59,676 bases of DNA. Origin: an uncultured Clostridia bacterium (GTDB lineage: Bacteria; Bacillota; Clostridia; Oscillospirales; CAG-272). Below are positions 19,986 through 29,019 of this stretch, one piece after another. Each line of letters starts with the position of its first letter. The stretch's first letter is position 1. A program made the translations under genes and the position numbers. The notes under the pieces were generated by a model. That model did no database searches and was not told where the DNA came from. It worked only from the letters and a program-made list of their open reading frames with translations. Location: NCBI GenBank assembly GCA_947628165.1, contig CANQYV010000003.1:1-59676 (forward strand), written 5' to 3'.

Positions 19986-20413
19986 CTCCCGCCGCGCGGC
20001 ACGACGTCCTTCTCTATCGACGGGTCTGCCGCCACCTTGCTCAGGATCCCGTTTATAAACGCGGGCGCGGCCTCGTCATCGTACCGCTTCGCGAGCTCGA
20101 CCGCCTCGTTTATCGTGACACCGACTGGTATCCCGCGCAGGAAATAAAGCTCATATACGGCGAGTCTCAGTATCGCGAGCGTCACGCGCGACATCCGCTC
20201 AAGGCTCCAGTCCTTCGCCGAGCTCCTTATCGCCTCGTCAATCTTCTCCGCGTTGTCCCAAACGCCGAAATACGCGTCGCGTATATAGTCGTTTTCCTCG
20301 GCTCCGCGCAGTGAGAGCGATTTCACATAGACCTCGTCGGTCTCCTCGTCTCTTCTGCTGTCGCGCTCAAACAAAAGCGCTATCACCGCTTCTCTCATTT
20401 CGTGTCTTGTCAT
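19982..20413 (-). CDS. nusB: Transcription antitermination factor NusB
   Basis: TRHEMRE, WSLERMSRV..AILRLA, INEAVELAKRY, FINGIL. Confidence 0.96.
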   Translation of the reverse strand: MTRHEMREAVIALLFERDSRRDEETDEVYVKSLSLRGAEENDYIRDAYFGVWDNAEKIDEAIRSSAKDWSLERMSRVTLAILRLAVYELYFLRGIPVGVTINEAVELAKRYDDEAAPAFINGILSKVAADPSIEKDVVPRGGR

Positions 20414-20456
20414 AAAAATGTCGGTCCTGCATGACTTTCATAATATTTCATTTTAT

Positions 20457-20485
20457 ATTATAGCGAAGAGGCAAAGAAAAGTCAA
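20457..20485 (-). promoter_or_regulatory. Sigma-A promoter of the nusB...dnaE gene run
   Basis: TTGACT-17 nt-TATAAT on the minus strand upstream of nusB. Confidence 0.8.
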
Positions 20486-20606
20486 CGAATACATCAAATA
20501 TTGCTCCGATTTAGTAGACGAGCGGCGGATGCATCTCTCATTTCTGACATGTTTTTTTGCTCCGCGCCCCGTATCGTACCGCGCGGTTTTTCAAAAAATA
20601 TGAAAT

Positions 20607-21605
20607 ATGAAGAGTATTAAGACAACAATATGCTGCGTGCTGCTCGCATCCCTTCTTCTCACGCCCTGCCGCGCCGTCGAAGAGGATGAAGCAGCCCCGC
20701 GGGAAAACTATATAAAATGGCTCGACTTCACGGTAACGGCGCGGGCGATGGAGGACGCCGCACGCGTCGACACGGAAACACACGGCACGGACACTCCCGT
20801 AAATTGGATAACGCTTCTCGCGCTGCTCGGAACGAAATACGGGGGCGACTTCTCGAAATATAAGAAGGCGGACACTGAGGCGTTTGCCGAGCGCCTGAAA
20901 AGCGGCGAGGCGGCGGAGGATATCACAGGGAACGTGAAGCTGTATTCTTACTACGCCGAGGCATACGGCGCCGTGCTCGGAGGTATGCTCGGCGAGTATA
21001 CAAAGACGGAAACGACACCGTCCGGCGAGGTCACGCTCACGGACGGATACGGCGTCCGCGCCTTCTCTCCTTTCGCGCGCGGATATTATTATTCAGATTT
21101 CGACGACTTCGGCGCGGCACGCTCGTTCGGATACCGCCGCCCACACCTCGGGCACGACATGATGGGCTCTGTCGGCACGCCGATAGTCGCGGTCGAGAGC
21201 GGATACGTCGAGGCGCTCGGATGGAATATGTACGGCGGATGGAGATGCGGCATACGCAGCTTCGACGGGAAGCGGTACTACTATTACGCCCACCTGCGCC
21301 GTGGTCATCCTTACGCCGAGATGTACGAGGGCAAGACCGTCATGGCGGGCGAGGTCATCGGATATCTCGGCATGACGGGATACAGCAGGCGCGAGGATGT
21401 CAACAATATAACGACGCCTCACCTGCACTTCGGGCTCGAGATAATTTTTGACCCGTCGCAGAAGGACGGATGGAACCAAATATGGATAGACATGTATGAG
21501 CTGACGAAGTTTCTGTCCACGCGGCGCGCGGCGACGCACTACGACGAACTGCGCGGCGAGCGCGTCTCCGAGGTATATTACACATACCACGACATTCCAG
21601 ACTGA
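20607..21605 (+). CDS. Secreted M23-family metallopeptidase
   Basis: Signal peptide; HLGHD (HxxxD), YYYYAHL, HLHFG zinc motifs. Confidence 0.88.
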   Translation: MKSIKTTICCVLLASLLLTPCRAVEEDEAAPRENYIKWLDFTVTARAMEDAARVDTETHGTDTPVNWITLLALLGTKYGGDFSKYKKADTEAFAERLKSGEAAEDITGNVKLYSYYAEAYGAVLGGMLGEYTKTETTPSGEVTLTDGYGVRAFSPFARGYYYSDFDDFGAARSFGYRRPHLGHDMMGSVGTPIVAVESGYVEALGWNMYGGWRCGIRSFDGKRYYYYAHLRRGHPYAEMYEGKTVMAGEVIGYLGMTGYSRREDVNNITTPHLHFGLEIIFDPSQKDGWNQIWIDMYELTKFLSTRRAATHYDELRGERVSEVYYTYHDIPD

Positions 21606-21643
21606 CCGCCGACACCGATTTTCATTAAAATAATGCTCACGGC

Positions 21644-21672
21644 TTGAAAAAAACTTCATGATATGGTATATT
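21644..21672 (+). promoter_or_regulatory. Sigma-A promoter with extended -10
   Basis: TTGAAA-17 nt-TATATT with TG at the extended -10 position. Confidence 0.65.
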
Positions 21673-21710
21673 AAAAAGAAAGACCTCATTTTCAATCGGA
21701 GCATATATCC

Positions 21711-22163
21711 ATGAAAAATAAATTGAAGAGCGTGTTTCGGGCGATACTCGAACGGCTCATATATCCGACGTCGCTTTGCTTCACCGTTGTCACGCTCGCC
21801 CTCTATATCATCGGAACCGTGCTTGTCGCGGAACACAAAGACATGATACCGACGCTGCGTACAATTCTCATCGTGCTTGCGCTCTCGTTTGTGTTCTGCG
21901 CCGCAAATATGCTGCTTTCAGTAAAGAAACTGCACCCCGTCCTGCGCGTGGCGCTCCATTATGTCCTGACGGCTGCGGCGTTCTATATTCTTTTCATCAG
22001 CACGTCGGAAAACAGACCCGGCGGCAGCCTGACGATCATCCTTCTGCTCGTATATTCGGTAATTTACGCCGCCGTCTTTGCCGGCATCGCTGCGGTACGG
22101 TCCGCGTCACGAAAAAAGAAGATAGAAAAATCGGATTACAGCTCCATATACAGCAAGCTTTGA
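21711..22163 (+). CDS. Four-TM membrane protein (DUF3021-like, tentative)
   Basis: Four hydrophobic segments, LRVALHY motif, basic C-terminal tail. Confidence 0.6.
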   Translation: MKNKLKSVFRAILERLIYPTSLCFTVVTLALYIIGTVLVAEHKDMIPTLRTILIVLALSFVFCAANMLLSVKKLHPVLRVALHYVLTAAAFYILFISTSENRPGGSLTIILLLVYSVIYAAVFAGIAAVRSASRKKKIEKSDYSSIYSKL

Positions 22164-22167
22164 GCAT

Positions 22168-23076
22168 ATGAAATCAAAAAGAGAAAAAAAGCGCGCCGTT
22201 TTGATAGAACGCACGGCGCTTCTGCTCGCGGCGTCGTCGGTCATATCGGCTGCCGCCTTCGTCTCATGCGGCAGGCGCGGCAGGGGGGAAGACTCCGGCA
22301 CTGCCGACGAAAGCATAACGGAGTCGGTATCCGAGACAATGCGTGAGCCGCTGAGCACGGTAATCATTGATATAAATGCCGGAAACAACGGCGAGAGCGA
22401 AACGACATCGCCGCCCGACGATACGGGCACATCATCCGGTCCCGTCGTTTCCCTGCCGCAGACGCTCGATATGGGCACAAAATATACGGATAAATTCACG
22501 TTTGTCTGCGACAGCACGATATACGGGCTGAAATCCCTCGGTATGCTGACTGACGGGCGCTCGACGAAAAACGTCGTCACGGGACAGGGCGGCTCCCTGT
22601 TCCTCGGCTCTGACGAGCCTCTCGTTTTTGCCCCCGACCTCGGCGGCGTCATGTCGGTCGAGGCGTTCTGCTCGAAAAAGCTGCCCGAGTATCTGCTCCT
22701 ATCCCTCGGTGCCGAGGACCTAAAAAAATCCGGCACTCCCCTGTCTCTCGAGGATTTCTCAGCGTCGTATCTCGCGCTGCTCCAAAAGATAAAATCGGCG
22801 TCCCCGAATACGGTCGTCATCTGCCTTTCCCTTCTCCCGGGCTCGAAAAATTCCGGGCTCTCCCTTTCCGACGTCGAGCCCTATAACGCGCGCATCCTCT
22901 CGGCAGCCGAGGCCGCCGGCGTATATTATCTTGACGCCGCGTCGTCTTTTTCCGCGTCTGACGGATATCTTCGCGTCGACTGCGACGCCGGAGACTCCCG
23001 CCTCTCTGCGGCAGGACTTGCAAGGCTGCTCGAACTTATAAGAACGCACTACATAGGAAACGGCGAACAGCAATAA
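22168..23076 (+). CDS. Lipoprotein with degenerate SGNH/GDSL-hydrolase-like domain
   Basis: Signal with FVSC lipobox-like site, S/T-rich linker; blocks FVCDS, LSLGAED, GDSRLSAAG. Confidence 0.65.
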   Translation: MKSKREKKRAVLIERTALLLAASSVISAAAFVSCGRRGRGEDSGTADESITESVSETMREPLSTVIIDINAGNNGESETTSPPDDTGTSSGPVVSLPQTLDMGTKYTDKFTFVCDSTIYGLKSLGMLTDGRSTKNVVTGQGGSLFLGSDEPLVFAPDLGGVMSVEAFCSKKLPEYLLLSLGAEDLKKSGTPLSLEDFSASYLALLQKIKSASPNTVVICLSLLPGSKNSGLSLSDVEPYNARILSAAEAAGVYYLDAASSFSASDGYLRVDCDAGDSRLSAAGLARLLELIRTHYIGNGEQQ

Positions 23077-23160
23077 AAAAACGCCCGCAAAAAGGTCGGG
23101 CGGCGATAAAACGGCATATTAAAAAGACGGCAAGAATATTGTCCTGCCATTTTTGCGCTC

Positions 23161-23198
23161 GCGCACAGATACACGGTCTAAAGACTGTATCTGTGCGC
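23161..23198. other. 13-bp-stem hairpin at the left edge of the low-GC islet
   Basis: GCGCACAGATACA-12 nt-TGTATCTGTGCGC downstream of the GNAT gene. Confidence 0.7.
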
Positions 23199-23237
23199 CA
23201 TTTAGTTCCTAACGGAGCTTGCAGCGTTCTCGGCAAA

Positions 23238-23765
23238 TCAGATGTGTTTTGATAAATACAGTACAAGATCATCGTCATTGCGGCAATCACTGTACGGCTC
23301 ACAGATCTGATCTTTAAACCAAACGCCGCTGCCGTCCGGGATGTATCCGCGCTTGACATACATTCTCTGGGCGCTTCCGTATCCTCTGTGCAGTCCCACT
23401 CCGAGATAAATCACGTCCGAATAAGAGAACGCGATTTGTTCCGCAATATCCATGAGCTTGCTGCCGATTCCTCGGCACCTGTATTTCTTAAGAACGGCGA
23501 AGTCAACGATCTCCGCATAGCCCCGATTTGCGAACGCGCCACTCTTGGCATCGGGATAAACGTTCACATACCCTGCAACACAGCCATTCCATTCGGCAAC
23601 CAAAGCGATTGATTTGCCCTCGGCTTGATGTTTAAGCCGCATCTCGTATTTTTCTATTGTCGCATCCCAGCCCTGAGCGATTTCTTCATCTGTAATGATT
23701 GTGGCATCGCTCTTTTGCAAATCCCGAATTACAATTCCGTTTTTATCATAATAGACCATGCCCAT
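23238..23765 (-). CDS. GNAT-family N-acetyltransferase
   Basis: FAVLKKYRCRGIGSKL acetyl-CoA motif A; AQRMYVKRGY; AAGGAG RBS. Confidence 0.9.
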   Translation of the reverse strand: MGMVYYDKNGIVIRDLQKSDATIITDEEIAQGWDATIEKYEMRLKHQAEGKSIALVAEWNGCVAGYVNVYPDAKSGAFANRGYAEIVDFAVLKKYRCRGIGSKLMDIAEQIAFSYSDVIYLGVGLHRGYGSAQRMYVKRGYIPDGSGVWFKDQICEPYSDCRNDDDLVLYLSKHI

Positions 23766-23829
23766 ATCTCCTTGAGCAGCGAGTTGTCACTCTGTTCCGC
23801 TTGTCGGCAAACGGGAATTTATATGCCCG

Positions 23830-24264
23830 TTAAATTTTGTCATTATAATATAGAGTGATAAGCTCCGCCATGCTTGCGGCTGCCTGTTTCCAACAAAACT
23901 CTTCATGTTCCCAAATATAGATAGCGGTTTCATCAATAATTCCGTCGGAGTCAGCATGATAGCAATAGTAATCCCCGCAGCCGTTTGTTGCAAAGAATAT
24001 AAACTTATCAAGCTCTTTTGCAAATTCTTCATCGCTGTACGATTCTTTCATTTCTCTGTTGAGTCGGGATTGGTCAACAATCTCTTTTGCAGACAAAAGA
24101 AGATATTTGTCACCGTTTAATTCCCGAAGCAGTGCCCTCAGCTCTTTCGGAAAGGGATAGCCGACTGCTTTTTCGGCGTTGTCTATCTCGTATTCGGGGC
24201 AAGGCGGTTGTATCTTTACAAATTTATTGTCTTGCGTTAACTCTAAAATCAGTTCTCTATACAT
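23830..24264 (-). CDS. SMI1/KNR4 (SUKH) family protein, immunity-like
   Basis: EIDNAEKAVGYPFPKELRALL..NG, FFATNGCGDYYCY, IYIWEHE; ATG 24264 with GAGGAG RBS. Confidence 0.85.
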   Translation of the reverse strand: MYRELILELTQDNKFVKIQPPCPEYEIDNAEKAVGYPFPKELRALLRELNGDKYLLLSAKEIVDQSRLNREMKESYSDEEFAKELDKFIFFATNGCGDYYCYHADSDGIIDETAIYIWEHEEFCWKQAAASMAELITLYYNDKI

Positions 24265-24328
24265 AACTGTCTCCTCGGCTCTGTAAAATCCCGATTTATC
24301 GAACGGTCGCCCCCATCGACATTTATCA

Positions 24329-24337
24329 TTGTACCAC
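24329..24337 (-). promoter_or_regulatory. Extended -10 promoter element driving the SMI1-GNAT islet
   Basis: TGGTACAAT on the minus strand; no convincing -35. Confidence 0.55.
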
Positions 24338-24400
24338 ACAAATGTGAAGAAATCTACTGCCCATTAAAACGGTTAATCGAAATTTCGGTCCATATCGAAT

Positions 24401-24446
24401 AAAAAAGCGCCCCGACGATTTTATCCTCGTCGGGGCGCTTCTTTTC
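24401..24446. terminator. Rho-independent terminator after divIC
   Basis: AAGCGCCCCGACGA-8 nt-TCGTCGGGGCGCTT flanked by A/T tracts. Confidence 0.85.
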
Positions 24447-24453
24447 TTTACGG

Positions 24454-24741
24454 TCATTTTTCCGATATGTTTGTGTAGTATACGATCTCGTCGGGCATAC
24501 GCATATTGAGCTTCTTTCTCGCAACCTTCATGACGTAAGCGTCGTCGAACGGAGCTTCAAGGTCGTTTTCAAGTGAAAGTATCTCCTCGTTGTATCCCGC
24601 TATGACCTCTTCGAGCTTTTCCTGCTTTGCGCGCAGCTCGTCTCTCTCGGCGTTTGACGAGAGGAGCGTCATTATGCAGAACACGGCGACCATAGCCATC
24701 ATTATTTTGAAGAAAATATTGTCCGTTATCGTTTCAAACAT
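24454..24741 (-). CDS. divIC: Septum formation initiator (DivIC/FtsB family)
   Basis: TM, coiled coil, VARKKLNMRMPDEIVY; follows yabP-yabQ. Confidence 0.75.
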   Translation of the reverse strand: MFETITDNIFFKIMMAMVAVFCIMTLLSSNAERDELRAKQEKLEEVIAGYNEEILSLENDLEAPFDDAYVMKVARKKLNMRMPDEIVYYTNISEK

Positions 24742-25387
24742 CTTTTATCTCCGTATCGGCTCCGCCTGCGACCGCGTCCGCAATCGCCGAGAGCGTTTTT
24801 TGTAGTTCCTTGTTTATGTACTGTGAGGTCCTTCTGTCAGAGCGCTTTTTTTCCGCCCGGCGACATGCCTTGAGAACCGTTACCTTATAGAGCCTCGCTG
24901 CCAGCCGCGCCGCCCTTACGAGCAGCGCCCTGATCGGCGTCACGGTGAAGAAGATCACATATCTCACAGCGGTATCGACCAAAAAGAAGATGTACGCCGC
25001 AAGCTCTGAGGTGAGCTTCCCCGCCGTTTTCATATATACGAAAAATCCTGCCGCCTCGCCGATGAGGGCGAACCCTCGCGGGGTGCCGCTGTGCGCGTGA
25101 TAAACGAATATCACCGTCACCGCCGTGGCAGCCGCCATATATACGATATCAAAGACGAATACGGCAGCGTAACCGGCGGCGCGCCCGAGCGCATGTCCGC
25201 GCCTTTGCTCCCTCTTCCCTATTATCGGGGGCGAAAGCTCCGACAGCAGTTTTTTCTCTCTGTAATCTATCCCGATCCCGAGGAATGTCCTCGTGAGGCG
25301 GAACAGATCGTAGAGCGCGCCGAGCAAAAGACCGACGACTACGGAGTATGCGAGCAGCGCCGCGTGCTCCGCTATCGATACCTCCAA
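24734..25387 (-). CDS. yabQ: Spore cortex biosynthesis protein YabQ
   Basis: GLLLGALYDLFRLTR, multi-TM; synteny with yabP. Confidence 0.8.
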   Translation of the reverse strand: MEVSIAEHAALLAYSVVVGLLLGALYDLFRLTRTFLGIGIDYREKKLLSELSPPIIGKREQRRGHALGRAAGYAAVFVFDIVYMAAATAVTVIFVYHAHSGTPRGFALIGEAAGFFVYMKTAGKLTSELAAYIFFLVDTAVRYVIFFTVTPIRALLVRAARLAARLYKVTVLKACRRAEKKRSDRRTSQYINKELQKTLSAIADAVAGGADTEIKDV

Positions 25388-25388
25388 G

Positions 25389-25673
25389 CTACTGCCCCCG
25401 CTTCTGCGAGCGCCAGCCGGACCGCTTGTGCTTTACGTCGTAGTAAACGACCGCGTCGAGCATGCCGCTGACGGTCATGTCTCCCGTTTCGGAGTCGAAC
25501 TTGTCTACATGAAGCCCGTGCCCCTGGATCGAGATGCCGTCCTCGTCCGTCGTTTTCATGATTATGTTTTCCTCATCGAATCCCTCTATCGAGAGTATCC
25601 CGGTGAGCACCGCAGCGCGCCTTTCGCATACGCTGAACCCGTGTGTTTTGCGTTCTTCTTCCATCTCGGCCAT
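25389..25673 (-). CDS. yabP: Sporulation protein YabP (YabP/YqfC family)
   Basis: R..LTGILSIEGFDEE.I..T...ISIQG.GLHV...D.ETG...VSG. Confidence 0.85.
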   Translation of the reverse strand: MAEMEEERKTHGFSVCERRAAVLTGILSIEGFDEENIIMKTTDEDGISIQGHGLHVDKFDSETGDMTVSGMLDAVVYYDVKHKRSGWRSQKRGQ

Positions 25674-25726
25674 ACCAGCTTTCTTTTTTCTTCTTTCAGC
25701 ACAACTGCGCTTTTCTCATCTGTGCT

Positions 25727-25757
25727 AATATATGCTGCCGTATGGGCGGATTATGAC
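25727..25757 (-). promoter_or_regulatory. Sigma-E-type sporulation promoter of yabP-yabQ
   Basis: GTCATA-17 nt-CATATATT, matching the ATA-N16-18-CATAcanT SigE consensus. Confidence 0.65.
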
Positions 25758-25780
25758 TCACGGGTCACGAACGCGGGATT

Positions 25781-26023
25781 TTATTCGATCACTTCGTACA
25801 TCGAGTCGGCGTCTGCCTTGCCGACGTTTTCCTTTACCTCGCGCACTCTGACGCGAAGCGTTTTAGTGCCGAAGGTTATCTCAAGGATGTCTCCGACCTT
25901 TACGTCGTAAGACGCCTTGGCGCGCCTGCCGTTGACGTTGACGTGGTCGGCGTCGCACGCGTTGTTCGCCACCGTGCGCCGCTTTATTATCCTTGACACC
26001 TTCAGAAATTTGTCAAGTCTCAT
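25781..26023 (-). CDS. yabO: S4-domain RNA-binding protein YabO/RqcP
   Basis: MRLDKFLKVSRIIKRRTVA; follows hup. Confidence 0.9.
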   Translation of the reverse strand: MRLDKFLKVSRIIKRRTVANNACDADHVNVNGRRAKASYDVKVGDILEITFGTKTLRVRVREVKENVGKADADSMYEVIE

Positions 26024-26172
26024 TCCGTTCTTTTTATATGTCCCATTTTCCGACACCGAAACCGCTCGGGCGAGGTCGGATTATGGCATATTTCCCCTAA
26101 AACGCACTGACGGCGGCACCCCAAACGGGATACCGCCATCAGACGTTATTTGATTATGCTCTTGTAATAAAC

Positions 26173-26445
26173 TCAGTTGACCTTTTTCTTGAGAGTCTGG
26201 CCTGCTGTGAAAACGGGGCTGTTCGATGCTGCGATCTTGATGCTGGCGCCCGTTGCAGGGTTCCTGCCCTCATGAGCTTCTCTGTGCTTCACCTTGAACG
26301 TTCCGAAGCCGACGACCTGAACCTTGTCGTCCTTTGCAAGAGCGTCTGCGATGCACTCGAATACAGCAGACACGGCTGCCTCGGCGTCCTTCTTCTTGAT
26401 GTCCGCCTTTGCCGCGACTTCGTTTACAAGCTGATTCTTGTTCAT
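26173..26445 (-). CDS. hup: DNA-binding protein HU
   Basis: MNKNQLV, VQVVGFGTF, GRNPATG. Confidence 0.97.
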   Translation of the reverse strand: MNKNQLVNEVAAKADIKKKDAEAAVSAVFECIADALAKDDKVQVVGFGTFKVKHREAHEGRNPATGASIKIAASNSPVFTAGQTLKKKVN

Positions 26446-26483
26446 TTTGCTTTTCCTTTCGTTTTTGTCGTAATTCTTTTCAT

Positions 26484-26512
26484 ATTATATCATAGGGTTT
26501 CCCATATTGCAA
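26484..26512 (-). promoter_or_regulatory. Sigma-A promoter of hup
   Basis: TTGCAA-17 nt-TATAAT with TG extension. Confidence 0.8.
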
Positions 26513-26539
26513 TAGAATTTCTGAAGTTTTTGCACAATT

Positions 26540-27370
26540 TTATTCCGTTTTTTCTCTTTTCTCGGGCGCGTGCTTTATCTCGTCCCAAACTTTATCGAGC
26601 TCGTCCATGCCGAGGCTCTCTGATGAAAGGCCGCGCGCCTCAAGCTCTGCCTCGAGCCTTTCGTAGCGCGAGCAGTATTTGTCGCATGCGGACGAGAGCG
26701 CCCGCTCCGCGTCTATCCCGCAGAGGCGCGCCGTATTTACGACTGCGAGCAAAAGGTCGCCGATCTCCTCATATAGTGCTTCTCCGTCGCCGGATGAAAG
26801 CGCCTCCCTCACCTCTTCGGTCTCCTCGGTAATTTTGGAAAACGCATCCTCTGCGGTCGGAAAATCAAACCCCGCCTTTTTCGAGATGACGCCGAGCTTG
26901 TCCGCCCTCATGAGCGCCGGCAGCGCCGGCGGTATCGAGCGGAGCTTCTGCCCCGTCGTTTTGCGCTTCTTTTCCTCCGCCTTTATCTTGTCCCACGCGT
27001 CGAGCACGTCCGCGCTCGTCTCCGCCTTGCTGTCCGCGAATATGTGCGGATGGCGGGAGATGAGCTTTCTGCATTCGTCCGTGATGACGTCGCCGACATC
27101 GAACACGCCGCGCTCGCGCTCCATCTCGGAGTGGAACACGACCTGGAGCAAAACGTCGCCGAGCTCCTCTCTAAGTAATGCCATGTCGCCGTTGTCTATT
27201 CCCTCGACGGCCTCGTAAGTCTCTTCAATAAGGCTGTTTCTTATTGACTCGTGCGTCTGCTCCCTGTCCCACGGACAGCCGCCCTCACCGCGAAGTATCT
27301 CCATTATCTCGCAAAGGTCGTCAAACGTATACCGTTCGCGCCCGCGGAGCCTTGCCGCTCTTTCGTTCAT
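26540..27370 (-). CDS. mazG: Nucleoside triphosphate pyrophosphohydrolase MazG
   Basis: GCPWDREQT, EETYE, EELGDVLLQ, RHPHIF, EEIGD; start ATG overlaps the upstream TAA. Confidence 0.93.
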   Translation of the reverse strand: MNERAARLRGRERYTFDDLCEIMEILRGEGGCPWDREQTHESIRNSLIEETYEAVEGIDNGDMALLREELGDVLLQVVFHSEMERERGVFDVGDVITDECRKLISRHPHIFADSKAETSADVLDAWDKIKAEEKKRKTTGQKLRSIPPALPALMRADKLGVISKKAGFDFPTAEDAFSKITEETEEVREALSSGDGEALYEEIGDLLLAVVNTARLCGIDAERALSSACDKYCSRYERLEAELEARGLSSESLGMDELDKVWDEIKHAPEKREKTE

Positions 27371-29019
27371 TATCCCCTGTCCTCCGTTTTCTTTTTCAGT
27401 CCGGGTATGAAGCGGAGTATCTTTTCCGCTTTCGGTATCATCATAAGGTCGTCGATGCTTATCGCCTTCGTCGCAAATACGACGGCGATGTATACGACGG
27501 CTCCGACCGCGATGCCGCCGAAGAGCGATATGCGGTAATCCACTATCTGCGAGGTGAAGTAGTAGAACCCATACGCCGACGCGGCGCATGCAATTCCCGC
27601 CAGAAGCGGGCGCAGGAGCATGCGGTCAAGGTCGAGCTTCAGCCCCACATATTTTACAAGGAAGAATACGTTTATGGAGGCAACCGCAAGATAGCAGAGG
27701 AACGTGCTTATCGGGAGCCCGTTCATACCGATCGCGGGGATGCCGACGAGTATGTATGTCGTCACGAGCTTGATGAGCGCGCCGACTATCATCGATATTA
27801 TCGGCTTTCTTTCGTATCCGTTCGCCTGAAGCAGCGCGTTTGAGACAGACAGCAGGCAGAGGAAATATATCGTCGGCGCGAGTATCGTCAAAAGCGGGGC
27901 TCCGGCGTCCGCCGAGGCACGGCCGAATATCATGCGTATTATCGGGTGCGCCATGACTGACATTCCGAGCGCGCACGGTATCGCCATTATAGAGGCGACG
28001 CGAAGCGACATATGCATATACACCGACGTGCGCTTCACATCCCCTCTCGCAAGCGTCGCCCTTATCATCGGAATGAGAGAATACGATATCGGATATATGA
28101 GGACGGGCGGCAGGTCAAAGAGCGGCACCACGCTCGTTTTCCAAATGCCGTATGCGGCGTTCGCAGTCTGCGCCGTATGACCTATGGACATGAGCCTGTT
28201 CATAAGGATGACGAGGTCTATCATCTCGGTCACGCTGAGCATGGAGGCGCTTATCGTTATCGGCACGGCGATTACGACGAGCCGCTTGAGGATCGATTTT
28301 CTCGAGGGGACGACCTCTATCTTCCCTTCGATATAATATTCCTCGTCGTATTTCTGGGTCTTGAAGAACCATTTCGACAGAAGGAGATAAATCGAGCCGA
28401 GCGCGACGCCCGACGTCACGCCGATTATGGCATACGCGGCGACGTATTCGACGCCGAGCCCCTGCCCCTTTGCCCACAGCGCGAGGATTATGCCGACCGC
28501 GACCTTCATGACGGACTCTATGAACTCGGAGACCGCCATCGGCACCATGTGCTGATACCCTTGGAAATAGCCGCGCAGCGCGCTCGAGATGCAGATGAAG
28601 AACATCGTCGGCCCGAGGAAGATTATGCTGAGCTTCGCATTCGGAGACTGAGTCAGATCCGCAAACGCACCGGCTCCCGCCATCATTATGACGGTACCGA
28701 TAAGTCCGATGACGGAAAAGAGCGTCACCGTCACGTTATATATCCGCTTCGTCTCCTTGACGTTGCCCTTCGCCCTCGACTCGGCGACAAGCAGCGACAC
28801 CGCCGTCGGCAATCCCGTCGTCGATATCATGAAAAGCGCCGTATATACGGTGTACGCCTGATTGAAGTACCCCATGCCCTCGTCGCCGACGATGGACAAA
28901 AGCGGCACCTTCATGAAAAGACCGACGGCCTTGTTTACTATATTCGCAACGGTTAAAACGAGAACGCCCGAAAAAAACAGCTTTGTGCTGCGTTTTGCCG
29001 CGGGCTTTTTTTCACCCAT
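27370..29019 (-). CDS. MOP-family flippase (SpoVB/YabM/MurJ-like polysaccharide biosynthesis protein)
   Basis: Multi-TM; GDEGMGYF, LRGYFQG, GAIIKL-type motifs; lies upstream of mazG as yabM does. Confidence 0.85.
   Translation of the reverse strand: MGEKKPAAKRSTKLFFSGVLVLTVANIVNKAVGLFMKVPLLSIVGDEGMGYFNQAYTVYTALFMISTTGLPTAVSLLVAESRAKGNVKETKRIYNVTVTLFSVIGLIGTVIMMAGAGAFADLTQSPNAKLSIIFLGPTMFFICISSALRGYFQGYQHMVPMAVSEFIESVMKVAVGIILALWAKGQGLGVEYVAAYAIIGVTSGVALGSIYLLLSKWFFKTQKYDEEYYIEGKIEVVPSRKSILKRLVVIAVPITISASMLSVTEMIDLVILMNRLMSIGHTAQTANAAYGIWKTSVVPLFDLPPVLIYPISYSLIPMIRATLARGDVKRTSVYMHMSLRVASIMAIPCALGMSVMAHPIIRMIFGRASADAGAPLLTILAPTIYFLCLLSVSNALLQANGYERKPIISMIVGALIKLVTTYILVGIPAIGMNGLPISTFLCYLAVASINVFFLVKYVGLKLDLDRMLLRPLLAGIACAASAYGFYYFTSQIVDYRISLFGGIAVGAVVYIAVVFATKAISIDDLMMIPKAEKILRFIPGLKKKTEDRG

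Larger units (their letters stand above)
23231..24301. repeat. Three related 16-bp sites flanking the islet genes
   Basis: AAATCCCGATTTATCG (+, 24286-24301), AAATTCCCGTTTGCCG (-, 23805-23820), degenerate CACATCTGATTTGCCG (-, 23231-23246). Confidence 0.6.

Noticed and set aside
23787-24032. 81-aa ORF overlapping SMI1 on the same strand
   Set aside because: It is an alternate-frame shadow of the SMI1 gene with no RBS or motif.
23110-24400. Classical integron or GNAT toxin-antitoxin pair
   Set aside because: There is no integrase and no attC-type RYYYAAC/GTTRRRY hairpins. GNAT toxins pair with RHH antitoxins, not SMI1 proteins.
26173-26445. hup as a foreign low-GC gene
   Set aside because: The codon shift (GCT, GTT, AAC) is typical of highly expressed genes, and the synteny is canonical.
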